Shown here: positions 1 through 8,905 of the stretch, one piece after another
How positions within the stretch are numbered: the first letter of the stretch is position 1
Layout: each line of letters begins with the position of its first letter
Virus record (IMG/VR): IMGVR_UViG_3300031722_000008
Span: 96,541-160,540 of that record
DNA from: a virus
Direction: 5' to 3' (one strand)
DNA: 64,000 nucleotides
The notes under the pieces: model-generated
Database searches by the model: none
What the model was told of the DNA's origin: nothing
Seen by the model: only the letters and a program-made list of their open reading frames with translations
Translations under genes and position numbers: made by a program

Positions 1-2
1 TA

Positions 3-602
3 GGTGAATATAAATCCAAAAAAGAGCAAATGGAGAAAGTGGCATCATGTACCGATGTATCCGAAGAAGCTATAAAATTACTTGATGAAGCTATTGATAT
101 TAATGAAAAAATAAGCACAATTAAGAAAACATTAGATTCTCTTAATTCTTATAAAAAGAAGTCTGCATCAGCTAAAGAAATAATTGACAGGGTAAGCATA
201 GAAGATATTAGTGTTGCTATTGAGCAAATCGATGAGATTATATTATTGACAACTAATATTAAAAATATGAAAGATAGAAATGCCCGATTGAAAGAACTAC
301 TCAAAAAGAAATTTGAATTAGAGGAATTACCAAAAAGCGAAGATATTGATTCAGTTATTGAAAATTTAGATAAAGGAATAGAAATTCTAGAATCTCTATC
401 TAGAATAAAACCTGTTAATGATAAATATAAGAAAGAAATTTTAAGAAAAGAAAATGGAGAAAAGGTTATTGAAGATTTAGACAAAAAACATGATGACGTA
501 GTTGAAGAATACAAAAATGGATTACGTGAGTCAAAACGTTGCGAAGTATGTATGTCCGTAATGACAGAAGAACATATTCACAATATAGAAGAATATATGT
601 AG
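3..602 (+). CDS. SbcC/Rad50-like protein, N-terminal piece (5' truncated by window edge); coiled coil ending in CxxC zinc hook
   Basis: Frame is open from position 3 (GEYKSKKEQM...). Heptad-rich coiled coil ends RCEVCMSVMTEEH, like a Rad50 hook. A matching ABC C-terminal half lies at 5372-5974. Confidence 0.7.
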   Translation, partial: GEYKSKKEQMEKVASCTDVSEEAIKLLDEAIDINEKISTIKKTLDSLNSYKKKSASAKEIIDRVSIEDISVAIEQIDEIILLTTNIKNMKDRNARLKELLKKKFELEELPKSEDIDSVIENLDKGIEILESLSRIKPVNDKYKKEILRKENGEKVIEDLDKKHDDVVEEYKNGLRESKRCEVCMSVMTEEHIHNIEEYM

Positions 603-613
603 GAGGGTCAATT

Positions 614-3600
614 ATGGCATGCAAATTTTATCAGTTACACGATCATACAGAGAAAAGCTTAAATGATGGTATGATTAAAGTTAAAAAGCTTGCAAAGAAA
701 TTAAAAGAACAGGGCGTAGATAAATTTGCTGTTACTGAACATGGAGAAATGATGGATATGCCCGCAGCGTATTTAGCGCTTAAAGATGAAGATATCGAAC
801 TTATCGTTGGAATGGAAACATATGTTGCTCCAAGAAAAAGAAGTGATAAGGAAAAAAGCGAAGGTGATGATGCTAATTATCATCTAGTACTTCTTGCGGA
901 AAACAACGAAGGCTATGATAACCTTAAAATCCTTGCATCTGAAGCTGCACTGAACGGATTTTACTATAAGCCTAGAGTAGATAAGGAACTTCTTAGACAA
1001 TACCATAAGGGCATCATAGCATCAAGTGCTTGTCTTGGAGGAAGTATAAATCAATTCCTTTTAGAAGATAAATATGAAGAAGCTAAATTAGAGGCTCTTG
1101 AATATTTAGATATATTTGGTGAAGGGAATTTCTTCTTAGAACTTCAAAGGCATGGACTTAGAGAACAAGAGCAGATTGAGCCTATGATTCTTAGATTAAG
1201 TAGAGAAACTGGAATACCACTCATAGCAACTAATGATTGTCATTACCTAAATAAAGAAGATTGGGAAGCTCACGATATACTTATGGCAATTCAAGCAGGA
1301 ACAACTATTGATGATACTAAGAGAAAAATTTATACTTCTCATGAGTTTTATGTAAAGTCTCCCGAAGAAATGATTCATCTGTTTCGTGACGTACCCGAAG
1401 CTATAGAAAACACCGTAAGAATAGCAGATAGGTGTCACGTTGAATTAGAATTTGGAGTTAATAAAATACCACCATTCAAACTTCCAAATGGATACAAAGG
1501 CACGGAGAATGATTTTTTAAGGGAAATAGTTGAAGGCAATGCTAAAATAAAATATTCAGGAATATCAGAAGAAGTTCAAGAAAGAATAGATTTTGAACTT
1601 GAAGTAATTGAAAGAATGGGATATGTAAACTACTTCCTTATTAATTGGGACTTCTTTAGATTCTGTAGAGAGGGTACTTATGAAATAGAAGATGCTCCAA
1701 ATACTGATTGGGACCCAATACTAACAGGTCCTGGTAGAGGTTCGGGAGCTGGATCAATAGTTGCTTATTGTACTGATATTACTAAAATTGAACCACTCCA
1801 GTTCAATTTATTATTTGAAAGATTCTTATCGCCGGAAAGAGTATCAATGCCGGATATCGATAGTGATTTCGAAGATACTCGAAGACAAGAAGTTATTGAT
1901 TATGTTGTATATAAATATGGAAGAGAATGTATATCTCAAATAATAACTTTTGGAACACTAGCAGCGAGAGCAGTAATAAGAAGAGTGGGGAAAGCATTGG
2001 ATTATCCATACGCAGTATGTGACAAAATAGCAAAATCTATACCTGCAGAAGTTGGAATAACAATAGAAAAGGCACTGGCAGTAAATCAGTCACTTAGAAA
2101 AGCATATGATACTGATAAGAGTATAAAGCGCTTATTGGACTTCTCTATGCAATTAGAAGGTTTAGTTACTAGTTGTAGTACTCATGCGGCAGGAGTACTA
2201 ATAACTGATAAGAAAGGTGTTACAGCCCATGTTCCTTTATGGGAAAATAAAGGTGGAATTGTTGCTCAATTCTCTAAGGATTATATTGAGATGCTAGGAC
2301 TTCTTAAGATGGATTTCTTAGGACTTGGTACATTAGGTATTCTTGGTGATGCAAAAAGAATGATTAGAGCAAATCATGGAGTTAATATTGATTTTGATGA
2401 ATTATATAAACTACCAACAATGGAACCACTACAACTTATAAGGGATGGAAAGACTGAATGCTTATTCCAATTAAATGGAGCAGGTATGACAGCATTTATG
2501 AAAGAATTAAAGCCAAACAGTATAGAAGATATAATTCTAGGTATCTCTATGTACAGACCAGGACCTATGGCTGAAATACCAAAACTTCTATATAGTAAAA
2601 GAAATCCTAATAGTATCACATATGAGGTTGATGGACTTAAATATATTCTTGACCCTACTTATGGAAGTATTGTATATCAGGAACAATGTATGCAAATAGT
2701 TGTTGCGATAGCAGGATTCTCTAAGGCAGACAGCGATAACTTTAGGCGTATTATATCTAAGAAGAAATTAAAAGAAATGCCAAAACAACGTGAATGGTTC
2801 GTTCATGGAAGAAAGAAAGATGATTATGATTATGAAGGGCATCTTAGGCACTACAAAGCAGATATACTAGGAGGAGTAGCTTTAGGTCATAGCGAAGAGG
2901 CACTGAATAAGTTATTCGATAAGATGGTTGACTTCGCCGCTTATGCTTTCAATAAATCCCATGCTGCTGCTTATGCTTTTGTTGGATATTTAACTGCATG
3001 GTTTATGAAATATTATCCTGTAGAATTTATGGCTGCTAATCTTAATGCTGTTCAAAAGAATAGAGCCAAGATTGCGCGGTATATGAATTATGCAAGGAAA
3101 GAATTGAATCTCGAAATTTTAGAGCCTGATATAAATGAATCAGTAGAAAGATTTAAAGCTACAAAAGATGGAAAGATAATGTATACTCTATCAATAAAAG
3201 GAGCATCTATTGATTGTTTAAAGAGAATAGTCGAAGAAAGAGAAACTAATGGTAAATTCGAGAATCTTATCGATTTTATAGCTAGAACGAGAAATTTCCT
3301 AGATAAAAAGACTTATGAGGGATTAATAGGATCAGGAGCATTAAAATGTTTTGGAATAATAAAATCTCAACATTTAGCAGCACTTGATGATTTCTGGGAT
3401 GGATGCCTTAAGAAAACTAAAGATTCCGAAAAGAATGCTTTAAAGAAAAACAAAGACTTTAATTTCGAAGAAATATTGCTAGGAAAAATAGATGGATTAT
3501 TACCAAATATAAATGAATATCCTAAAGATATAGATTTAAGACTTGAAAAAGAGTTCCTAGGAATGTATCTTACTGATAATCCATTATACAGATATGCATA

Positions 3601-4165
3601 TACTATCAAGACTAGCAATAATTTTGAGTTATCTGATGTTGATTATGAAGTTGATGAAGAGACTGGAATTATAATGATGTCGAATGATTCAGTGAGAGAT
3701 AGACAGAAAGTTAGATTTGTAACCATACTAAATGATGTAGCTGAATTAACAACAAAGAAAAAGACTTTAATGGCAAGGCTAGAATTAGAGGATTTAACAG
3801 GAATAGCTGGAGCTTTAATTTGGCCATCAACGTATGATTCAATCAAAAGTAAATTAAAGAAAAATGAAATCTACATGTGTCATGGCTACTTAATGGTATC
3901 ATCAGATGAAGCACCAACCATTGTCGTTGAGGATATGGAACTTATGGAAGAAATGGTTACAGAAAGAGCAATCATTTCAGTTGATAGTAAAGAAGATGCT
4001 GTTGATATCATTAATTACATTAACGATACTGATATGGCAAAAGGTATGACTCCGGTTTATCTAGTTTACAATAATCTCCAAACATTACTAACTAGGAATT
4101 ATTGGATAAACTTAAATCATATGAATCAAAAATATGAAAATAAAATTAAAATAAAGATTTGGTAG
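614..4165 (+). CDS. dnaE: DNA polymerase III alpha subunit (DnaE-type)
   Basis: PHP motifs LHDHTEKSLNDG, FYYKPRVD and ATNDCHY; GPGRGSGAGS; LLFERFLSPERVSMPDIDSDF; FNKSHAAAY; C-terminal OB fold. Start moved to ATG 614 behind RBS AGGAGG. Confidence 0.97.
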   Translation: MACKFYQLHDHTEKSLNDGMIKVKKLAKKLKEQGVDKFAVTEHGEMMDMPAAYLALKDEDIELIVGMETYVAPRKRSDKEKSEGDDANYHLVLLAENNEGYDNLKILASEAALNGFYYKPRVDKELLRQYHKGIIASSACLGGSINQFLLEDKYEEAKLEALEYLDIFGEGNFFLELQRHGLREQEQIEPMILRLSRETGIPLIATNDCHYLNKEDWEAHDILMAIQAGTTIDDTKRKIYTSHEFYVKSPEEMIHLFRDVPEAIENTVRIADRCHVELEFGVNKIPPFKLPNGYKGTENDFLREIVEGNAKIKYSGISEEVQERIDFELEVIERMGYVNYFLINWDFFRFCREGTYEIEDAPNTDWDPILTGPGRGSGAGSIVAYCTDITKIEPLQFNLLFERFLSPERVSMPDIDSDFEDTRRQEVIDYVVYKYGRECISQIITFGTLAARAVIRRVGKALDYPYAVCDKIAKSIPAEVGITIEKALAVNQSLRKAYDTDKSIKRLLDFSMQLEGLVTSCSTHAAGVLITDKKGVTAHVPLWENKGGIVAQFSKDYIEMLGLLKMDFLGLGTLGILGDAKRMIRANHGVNIDFDELYKLPTMEPLQLIRDGKTECLFQLNGAGMTAFMKELKPNSIEDIILGISMYRPGPMAEIPKLLYSKRNPNSITYEVDGLKYILDPTYGSIVYQEQCMQIVVAIAGFSKADSDNFRRIISKKKLKEMPKQREWFVHGRKKDDYDYEGHLRHYKADILGGVALGHSEEALNKLFDKMVDFAAYAFNKSHAAAYAFVGYLTAWFMKYYPVEFMAANLNAVQKNRAKIARYMNYARKELNLEILEPDINESVERFKATKDGKIMYTLSIKGASIDCLKRIVEERETNGKFENLIDFIARTRNFLDKKTYEGLIGSGALKCFGIIKSQHLAALDDFWDGCLKKTKDSEKNALKKNKDFNFEEILLGKIDGLLPNINEYPKDIDLRLEKEFLGMYLTDNPLYRYAYTIKTSNNFELSDVDYEVDEETGIIMMSNDSVRDRQKVRFVTILNDVAELTTKKKTLMARLELEDLTGIAGALIWPSTYDSIKSKLKKNEIYMCHGYLMVSSDEAPTIVVEDMELMEEMVTERAIISVDSKEDAVDIINYINDTDMAKGMTPVYLVYNNLQTLLTRNYWINLNHMNQKYENKIKIKIW

Positions 4166-4178
4166 GGGGATTTTAAAA

Positions 4179-4418
4179 ATGAAAACAATGGTAGAATTAA
4201 CAAATTTAAAGAAAAAGGCAAGTGACTTAAGGGATCAATCAATTCAAGCAAAGGCAACAATGAAAGAAGTAGATATCAATATTGAGAATGAAGAGAAAGA
4301 ATTGAAGTCACTAGGGATAAAAGACATAGAAAAAGCTGATGAGGAAATTGAGGGATTTGAAAAGCAAGCAGAAGATTTATACAATGAAGCCTACAGTAAA
4401 ATAGAAAAGTGGATTTAA
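4179..4418 (+). CDS. small coiled-coil protein, possibly the middle piece of the split SbcC
   Basis: 79 aa, entirely helical and charged; GGGGG RBS; lies between the two SbcC-like pieces. Confidence 0.55.
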   Translation: MKTMVELTNLKKKASDLRDQSIQAKATMKEVDINIENEEKELKSLGIKDIEKADEEIEGFEKQAEDLYNEAYSKIEKWI

Positions 4419-4423
4419 CTTTC

Positions 4424-4458
4424 TAATAAAAAGGGTGTATTATGCGCCCTTTTTATTA
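4424..4458 (+). terminator. intrinsic terminator
   Basis: TAATAAAAAGGGTGTA-tta-TGCGCCCTTTTTATTA hairpin (two G-U pairs on + strand) with T tract. Confidence 0.8.
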
Positions 4459-4485
4459 ATTATGATATGAGTGGGGGGTATATAA

Positions 4486-5394
4486 ATGAAAAGAGGATGG
4501 AGTGATTTACAAGAAGAAATATTAAGAGATATATGTGATATAGATTTTCTAGTTCCAATGACTGTTATATGTTTTTTGGTTCGAAAATCAGAAACATCTA
4601 TCAGATTAAAATTGAAAGAGTTAGGACTTAAACGAGCAATATCAGTATGGTCAAAATCAGATGATAAATATATAGTTGAAAATTATCCAAATAAAAATAT
4701 AATGCTAGGAACTATGAGTATTAAGCTTGGCATGTCAGAGAATGCTATTCATATAAGAGCTTCAAGATTAGGAATTAAGAGGGGAATATCAGATTTAGAT
4801 CAGTATCTGATAGATAATTATGGAAAGGAAGATTGTATTCCTAAGGAAATTGCTAGTAAATTTTGCGTGTCATTATCTCATGTTTATAATCGAGCAGCGG
4901 AGTTGAAATTAGTAACACCTCATGAATATGGAGAAACAACTACATCAAAGTATAATGAAATCACCCAAAGATATAGCAAGGATAATACAGTAGCCCTTGC
5001 TATATCTTTGGGTGTATCTGAATATACAGTAAGAAGGATTGCAAGTAAAGAAAAAATAAGAAAAGCAAAGAAAATTAAGAAACAAAACAAAAAACCTAAA
5101 GTTAAACCTAGATGGACAAAAGAACAAGAACTTTTTCTTAAAGAAAATTATTACAAAATGACATCTAATGATATGATGTCAATATTTCATAAATCATCTT
5201 CATCAATAAATAGTAAACTTAGGCATATGGGATTGCGAGATGGTAGCCTAAAAATATATTGTATTGGATCCATTAAGTTTACTTATATTACCGAGGAAGA
5301 AAAAAGAAGAAAATATGAATATGTTACAATGTATCTACAATTATTAAATCAAAACAAAAGGGGAGATTATTATGTCATCAGAAAAGCTAGCTAA
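4486..5394 (+). CDS. multi-repeat Myb/HTH-like DNA-binding protein
   Basis: Repeated W[ST]x(E/D)xxxLxxNY...S..SI..(K/R)...LGL units (WSDLQEEILR, WSKSDDKYIVENY, WTKEQELFLKENY); basic protein. Confidence 0.65.
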   Translation: MKRGWSDLQEEILRDICDIDFLVPMTVICFLVRKSETSIRLKLKELGLKRAISVWSKSDDKYIVENYPNKNIMLGTMSIKLGMSENAIHIRASRLGIKRGISDLDQYLIDNYGKEDCIPKEIASKFCVSLSHVYNRAAELKLVTPHEYGETTTSKYNEITQRYSKDNTVALAISLGVSEYTVRRIASKEKIRKAKKIKKQNKKPKVKPRWTKEQELFLKENYYKMTSNDMMSIFHKSSSSINSKLRHMGLRDGSLKIYCIGSIKFTYITEEEKRRKYEYVTMYLQLLNQNKRGDYYVIRKAS

Positions 5395-5974
5395 ATATAT
5401 AAGTGATATGAGAACTGATTTAGCAATAAAACAAAGCAAAAAATCAGAATTAGAAAAGAAACAAGTAGGTATAGAGCTTAATATAAAAAATTTAAATATA
5501 GACGTTCTAGAAGAAACTGTAATAGTGTTAAAGAAGTTATCTAAAACTCAGCGTGATTCCGCGAAACTAAGATTAGAGGAGTTAGCTACAGAAGCATTGC
5601 AATATTCTATGAATGATACAAGAAGAGTAGAAATAAGGATAAATGATACATTAAAAAGACAACAAGCTTATGTATGGCTAGTTGATGATGTAACAGGGCA
5701 TGAAACAGACCCATATGAAGATAATGGTGGTGGAGTTATAGATATTTTAGGTATTGGATTACTTATAATATCTCTACAATCAGCTGAACCACCAATAGAC
5801 GGACCAGTACTTATCGATGAACCTTTTAAAATGGTATCCGAGGAATTTATTCCTGCTCTAGCAAACTTTATCAGAAAAATTTCTGATGATTTTGGAAGAC
5901 AAATAATAGTAGTAACTCATAATAAATATCTAGCAAATACTTTTGATACAAAGATTGATTTCAATCTAATATAA
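5372..5974 (+). CDS. SbcC/Rad50-like ABC ATPase, C-terminal half
   Basis: Coiled coil, then signature-like DNGGG, Walker B VLIDEPF, D-loop region and H-loop IIVVTH; no Walker A. Confidence 0.8.
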   Translation: MSSEKLAKYISDMRTDLAIKQSKKSELEKKQVGIELNIKNLNIDVLEETVIVLKKLSKTQRDSAKLRLEELATEALQYSMNDTRRVEIRINDTLKRQQAYVWLVDDVTGHETDPYEDNGGGVIDILGIGLLIISLQSAEPPIDGPVLIDEPFKMVSEEFIPALANFIRKISDDFGRQIIVVTHNKYLANTFDTKIDFNLI

Positions 5975-5991
5975 TAACTGGAGGTATACTT

Positions 5992-6750
5992 ATGAATAAT
6001 AAGAAAGTTTCGACACTAATAGTCATATCATTATTGGCAACCTATAGTGTTGGCGCTACTTATGAATCGCATAGGCAAAGCGTAATTAAACAAGCAACCA
6101 TAGAAAGAGAAGAAACACTTAGAGAGAACATGGAAAAAGAATTAAGCGACGCACGCATTGAAAGTGATACTAATAAGGAAAAGTTAGCCGAATTAGAATC
6201 TCAAGTGCAAGAAAAAACCAATGCATTGGAGTTAGCCAGGCGAAGTATTGAACTCCTTAATACAAGAGTAGAGTTTGATTATAATGATGTAACAAAACCT
6301 TCCCATGCAACTAATATTGATATGAGAAGGGTACTTAAAGGAACTAAAATGTATGATATAGCTGATGCAATAGTTTCTGCTGAGGAGCAATACAAGAATG
6401 TGAATGCTTTTCTCCTTGCAGGAATAATTGCTCAAGAATCAAGTTGGGGAGGAAGTGATAGAGCTGTATATGATAACAACTTAACTGGTTATGGTGTTTA
6501 TAATCCTGCAAGCAGGGGAATTAATCCTAATAGCAGATACCAAAGTGTTATGAATACAGCCAAATTACTTAGTCGAGATTATCTAACCCCAGGAGGAGAA
6601 CACTACAACGGAGTTAGCTTAATAGCTGTGAATGAAAAGTACTGCTATCAAAAGGATATGAAGACTGTTGATTATAGATGGACATCTGGAATATCAAGTA
6701 TAGCTAATGACTTAGTGAAAAAAGCAAATAGTTATAAGAAGGAGAGATAG
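5992..6750 (+). CDS. membrane-anchored or secreted glucosaminidase (GH73-like) peptidoglycan hydrolase
   Basis: N-terminal hydrophobic segment, coiled coil, then VNAFLLAGIIAQESSWGGSDRAVYDNNLTGYG and a terminal Y...W motif. Confidence 0.8.
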   Translation: MNNKKVSTLIVISLLATYSVGATYESHRQSVIKQATIEREETLRENMEKELSDARIESDTNKEKLAELESQVQEKTNALELARRSIELLNTRVEFDYNDVTKPSHATNIDMRRVLKGTKMYDIADAIVSAEEQYKNVNAFLLAGIIAQESSWGGSDRAVYDNNLTGYGVYNPASRGINPNSRYQSVMNTAKLLSRDYLTPGGEHYNGVSLIAVNEKYCYQKDMKTVDYRWTSGISSIANDLVKKANSYKKER

Positions 6751-6755
6751 TTGAT

Positions 6756-7214
6756 ATGGAATTTTGGGTAGATAAATTCACTTTTGAAATAAAAGATTTA
6801 ATTGAAAAAAAGAGAAAACTTATAGCAGAAAGAGATAAGATAAGAGGTAATTTCAAAGCTGCTGAAGCATATTTTACCAAGATAGGCAGTAAGCAAGAAA
6901 TCCAACTTGGAGCAGAAAGAATGTTAGAATTATCTAAGAAATTTTTAGAGATAGATAATGAGATTTCAGATATAGATATAGTAATTGCATCTAATCTTGA
7001 AATCTACCTAGGCAATTTTACTGCAAGAGTTAAAATGCCAGATAGATTGAATGATGCTGGTGATTTAATAAGACATGATTGTGTATATGCAGTTCCGTTT
7101 AAATCCGGCGATGAAAACTTAAAGGAAGTTGTACCTGACGATATATGGTTCTTGAAACTTATCAAAACTGCATTTAAAGCTACCAATGTTACATTTATTG
7201 AAAAGGAAGAGTAG
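6756..7214 (+). CDS. hypothetical protein
   Basis: 152-aa ORF with RBS, tightly packed in the operon. Confidence 0.7.
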   Translation: MEFWVDKFTFEIKDLIEKKRKLIAERDKIRGNFKAAEAYFTKIGSKQEIQLGAERMLELSKKFLEIDNEISDIDIVIASNLEIYLGNFTARVKMPDRLNDAGDLIRHDCVYAVPFKSGDENLKEVVPDDIWFLKLIKTAFKATNVTFIEKEE

Positions 7215-7217
7215 TTT

Positions 7218-7787
7218 ATGGAGAAAGTAACATTTAAGATGCATGGAGATTGGTTTACTGATTATATAAGGACATTATATTATGGAGATGATCTAAACTT
7301 CAATAAGTGTAGAGATTCATTGATACAGAGCCTATGCTTAAATAATATCTCCGAAGAAGAAAAGGAAGAGTTAGCTAAATTAATACTTTTCGGAGAAAAG
7401 AGATTTGTCGGAATAAATAATTTTGATTTGATTGATGATGTTGATTTTGATGTTTATAAATACAGTAGATTTTCAAGACCAACATTTCATTTAAATTGCA
7501 GAGGTATCAGAGGAATACTCACAAGAGAAGGAATATTTGTGCAATGCCCATATGAAGGTCATGCCAGTACAATAGAAAAGATAGGTATCGATAAATGTGA
7601 AGGAGCAATACAATTTTGGATGGGACTTATGGGAGCTGGTGCTAGTAAGGATAAATGGGAAGATAATATAACTAAACAGCAGCACAAATTCTTCTATCAG
7701 AATATACACTATATGCATCCAGAACAAATCAAAAATTGGAAAAACTTAGTTAAACATGAAATACTCATAAGAAAATATAACTTGTAG
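7218..7787 (+). CDS. hypothetical protein
   Basis: 189-aa ORF, packed in the operon. Confidence 0.7.
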   Translation: MEKVTFKMHGDWFTDYIRTLYYGDDLNFNKCRDSLIQSLCLNNISEEEKEELAKLILFGEKRFVGINNFDLIDDVDFDVYKYSRFSRPTFHLNCRGIRGILTREGIFVQCPYEGHASTIEKIGIDKCEGAIQFWMGLMGAGASKDKWEDNITKQQHKFFYQNIHYMHPEQIKNWKNLVKHEILIRKYNL

Positions 7788-7799
7788 GAGGAATTAATT

Positions 7800-8006
7800 A
7801 TGCTGAAGAAAAAGTATTATAAAATGGAAGTAACAATAAAAGCACATGTGTTGGTACCAGCAGATGAATATGACGATAAAGAATTAGCAATAGAATGTAT
7901 TGAAACAGGAGATATCGAGGATATTGCTTCTCAAATTAAAGAATGTAATGATGAACCTTGTTTTGTGTTTGTTAATAAGAATACAGTCAAAGAAGTAGAA
8001 TACTAA
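7800..8006 (+). CDS. hypothetical acidic protein
   Basis: 68 aa, AGGAGG RBS. Confidence 0.7.
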   Translation: MLKKKYYKMEVTIKAHVLVPADEYDDKELAIECIETGDIEDIASQIKECNDEPCFVFVNKNTVKEVEY

Positions 8007-8024
8007 TTCGAAGGAGATAATAAT

Positions 8025-8153
8025 ATGCCCGATAAAATAAATTGCAATTGTAGTATATGTAAAAAATATACTCCATATAGCGAAAAGTGGGTTTTAATAT
8101 CAATTTATTTAGCCAATAGAAAAAATCGAAAAATAAGTAATTCGCAAAACTAA
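8025..8153 (+). CDS. small Cys-containing hypothetical protein (42 aa, not in ORF track)
   Basis: AAGGAG RBS then MPDKINCNCSICKKYTPYSEKWVLISIYLANRKNRKISNSQN*. Confidence 0.5.
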   Translation: MPDKINCNCSICKKYTPYSEKWVLISIYLANRKNRKISNSQN

Positions 8154-8163
8154 TTAATAATTA

Positions 8164-8179
8164 GTATAAGATATTAAAG
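8164..8179 (+). promoter_or_regulatory. conserved intergenic motif GTATAAGATATTAAAG, copy 1 (putative phage promoter)
   Basis: Identical 16-mer at 8164, 8871 and 17801; all intergenic and on the same strand. Confidence 0.6.
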
Positions 8180-8303
8180 AAAGGTGACTTCACCTAGAAG
8201 TGAATAATACTAGGTCAGTAAGATAGTCCGTATAGGGTGACGGAAAAATAACAACTCTATTATTCAAATATAATAAATGTGATGAAAATCACATTTATTT
8301 TTT
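8180..8303 (+). ncRNA. candidate structured small RNA
   Basis: No credible ORF between the 16-mer and a terminator. Several complementary pairs: ACCTAG/CTAGGT, TGAATAATA/TATTATTCA, TCCGT/ACGGA. Confidence 0.4.
8272..8303 (+). terminator. intrinsic terminator
   Basis: AATAAATGTGAT-gaaa-ATCACATTTATT followed by a T tract. Confidence 0.75.
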
Positions 8304-8327
8304 GCTCAAAAATAAGGAGGGGTAATT

Positions 8328-8501
8328 GTGAATTGTAAGGAAAAAGATTGTGGAGCGAGATGTAGTTTCGAGTGCATTGTATGTAGTCAGAACAGAGATA
8401 GTGGAGAAGAAGGTGTAGTTAATTGCTATAGAAAAAAGTCACCATCAATAATTAAAAGTATATTAAGTGTATTCGGAAAGAAGATAAGAGTTATACTGTA
8501 A
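8328..8501 (+). CDS. small Cys-rich protein (57 aa, not in ORF track)
   Basis: AAGGAGG RBS, GTG start, MNCKEKDCGARCSFECIVCSQ...; six Cys and a basic amphipathic C-terminus. Confidence 0.65.
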   Translation: MNCKEKDCGARCSFECIVCSQNRDSGEEGVVNCYRKKSPSIIKSILSVFGKKIRVIL

Positions 8502-8521
8502 GATAAGTAACGAAGGGAGAA

Positions 8522-8854
8522 ATGGTAATGAATTTTTTTTGGATGAATTTTTCATTAGGAATATGTCTATTTATAATAGATAGGACGATGAGTTATTTTA
8601 AGGAAGAAAGAACAGAAACAGAAGAAAAAGAATTAGAATTAGATTTCAAAAGAAATGCTGAACAGTTAGAGGAAATGTTATCTTATATTATCTACAAACC
8701 TGGATTAGCTAATGACATAATAAGCTCTGTAAATATTATTAAGAATAATGTGTTTTTAAAGCAATTTGTAGTGTTTGTCTTTTTTCAAATTCCTGCAATT
8801 AATATATTCATGTTTTTATCGAATTTTAAAAAAGACAAAAATAAACCTTTATAA
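8522..8854 (+). CDS. hypothetical membrane protein
   Basis: Hydrophobic segments at both ends. Confidence 0.6.
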   Translation: MVMNFFWMNFSLGICLFIIDRTMSYFKEERTETEEKELELDFKRNAEQLEEMLSYIIYKPGLANDIISSVNIIKNNVFLKQFVVFVFFQIPAINIFMFLSNFKKDKNKPL

Positions 8855-8870
8855 ATCAAGTAATAATCTA

Positions 8871-8886
8871 GTATAAGATATTAAAG
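8871..8886 (+). promoter_or_regulatory. GTATAAGATATTAAAG motif, copy 2
   Basis: Identical 16-mer upstream of the 9000-14471 gene cluster. Confidence 0.6.
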
Positions 8887-8905
8887 AGAGAAAGGGTTAA
8901 TAACA

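Noticed and set aside
539-613. N-terminal extension of DnaE given by the ORF track
   Set aside because: It overlaps the upstream gene; AGGAGG precedes ATG 614 and the PHP motif begins right after.
614-4165. Intein or intron in dnaE
   Set aside because: Length is normal for DnaE; only short insertions, with no intein splice-junction or LAGLIDADG motifs seen.
8180-8303. tRNA or hammerhead ribozyme
   Set aside because: No cloverleaf or TTC-loop, and no CTGATGA core in a hammerhead context; the GATGAAA present is part of the terminator hairpin.
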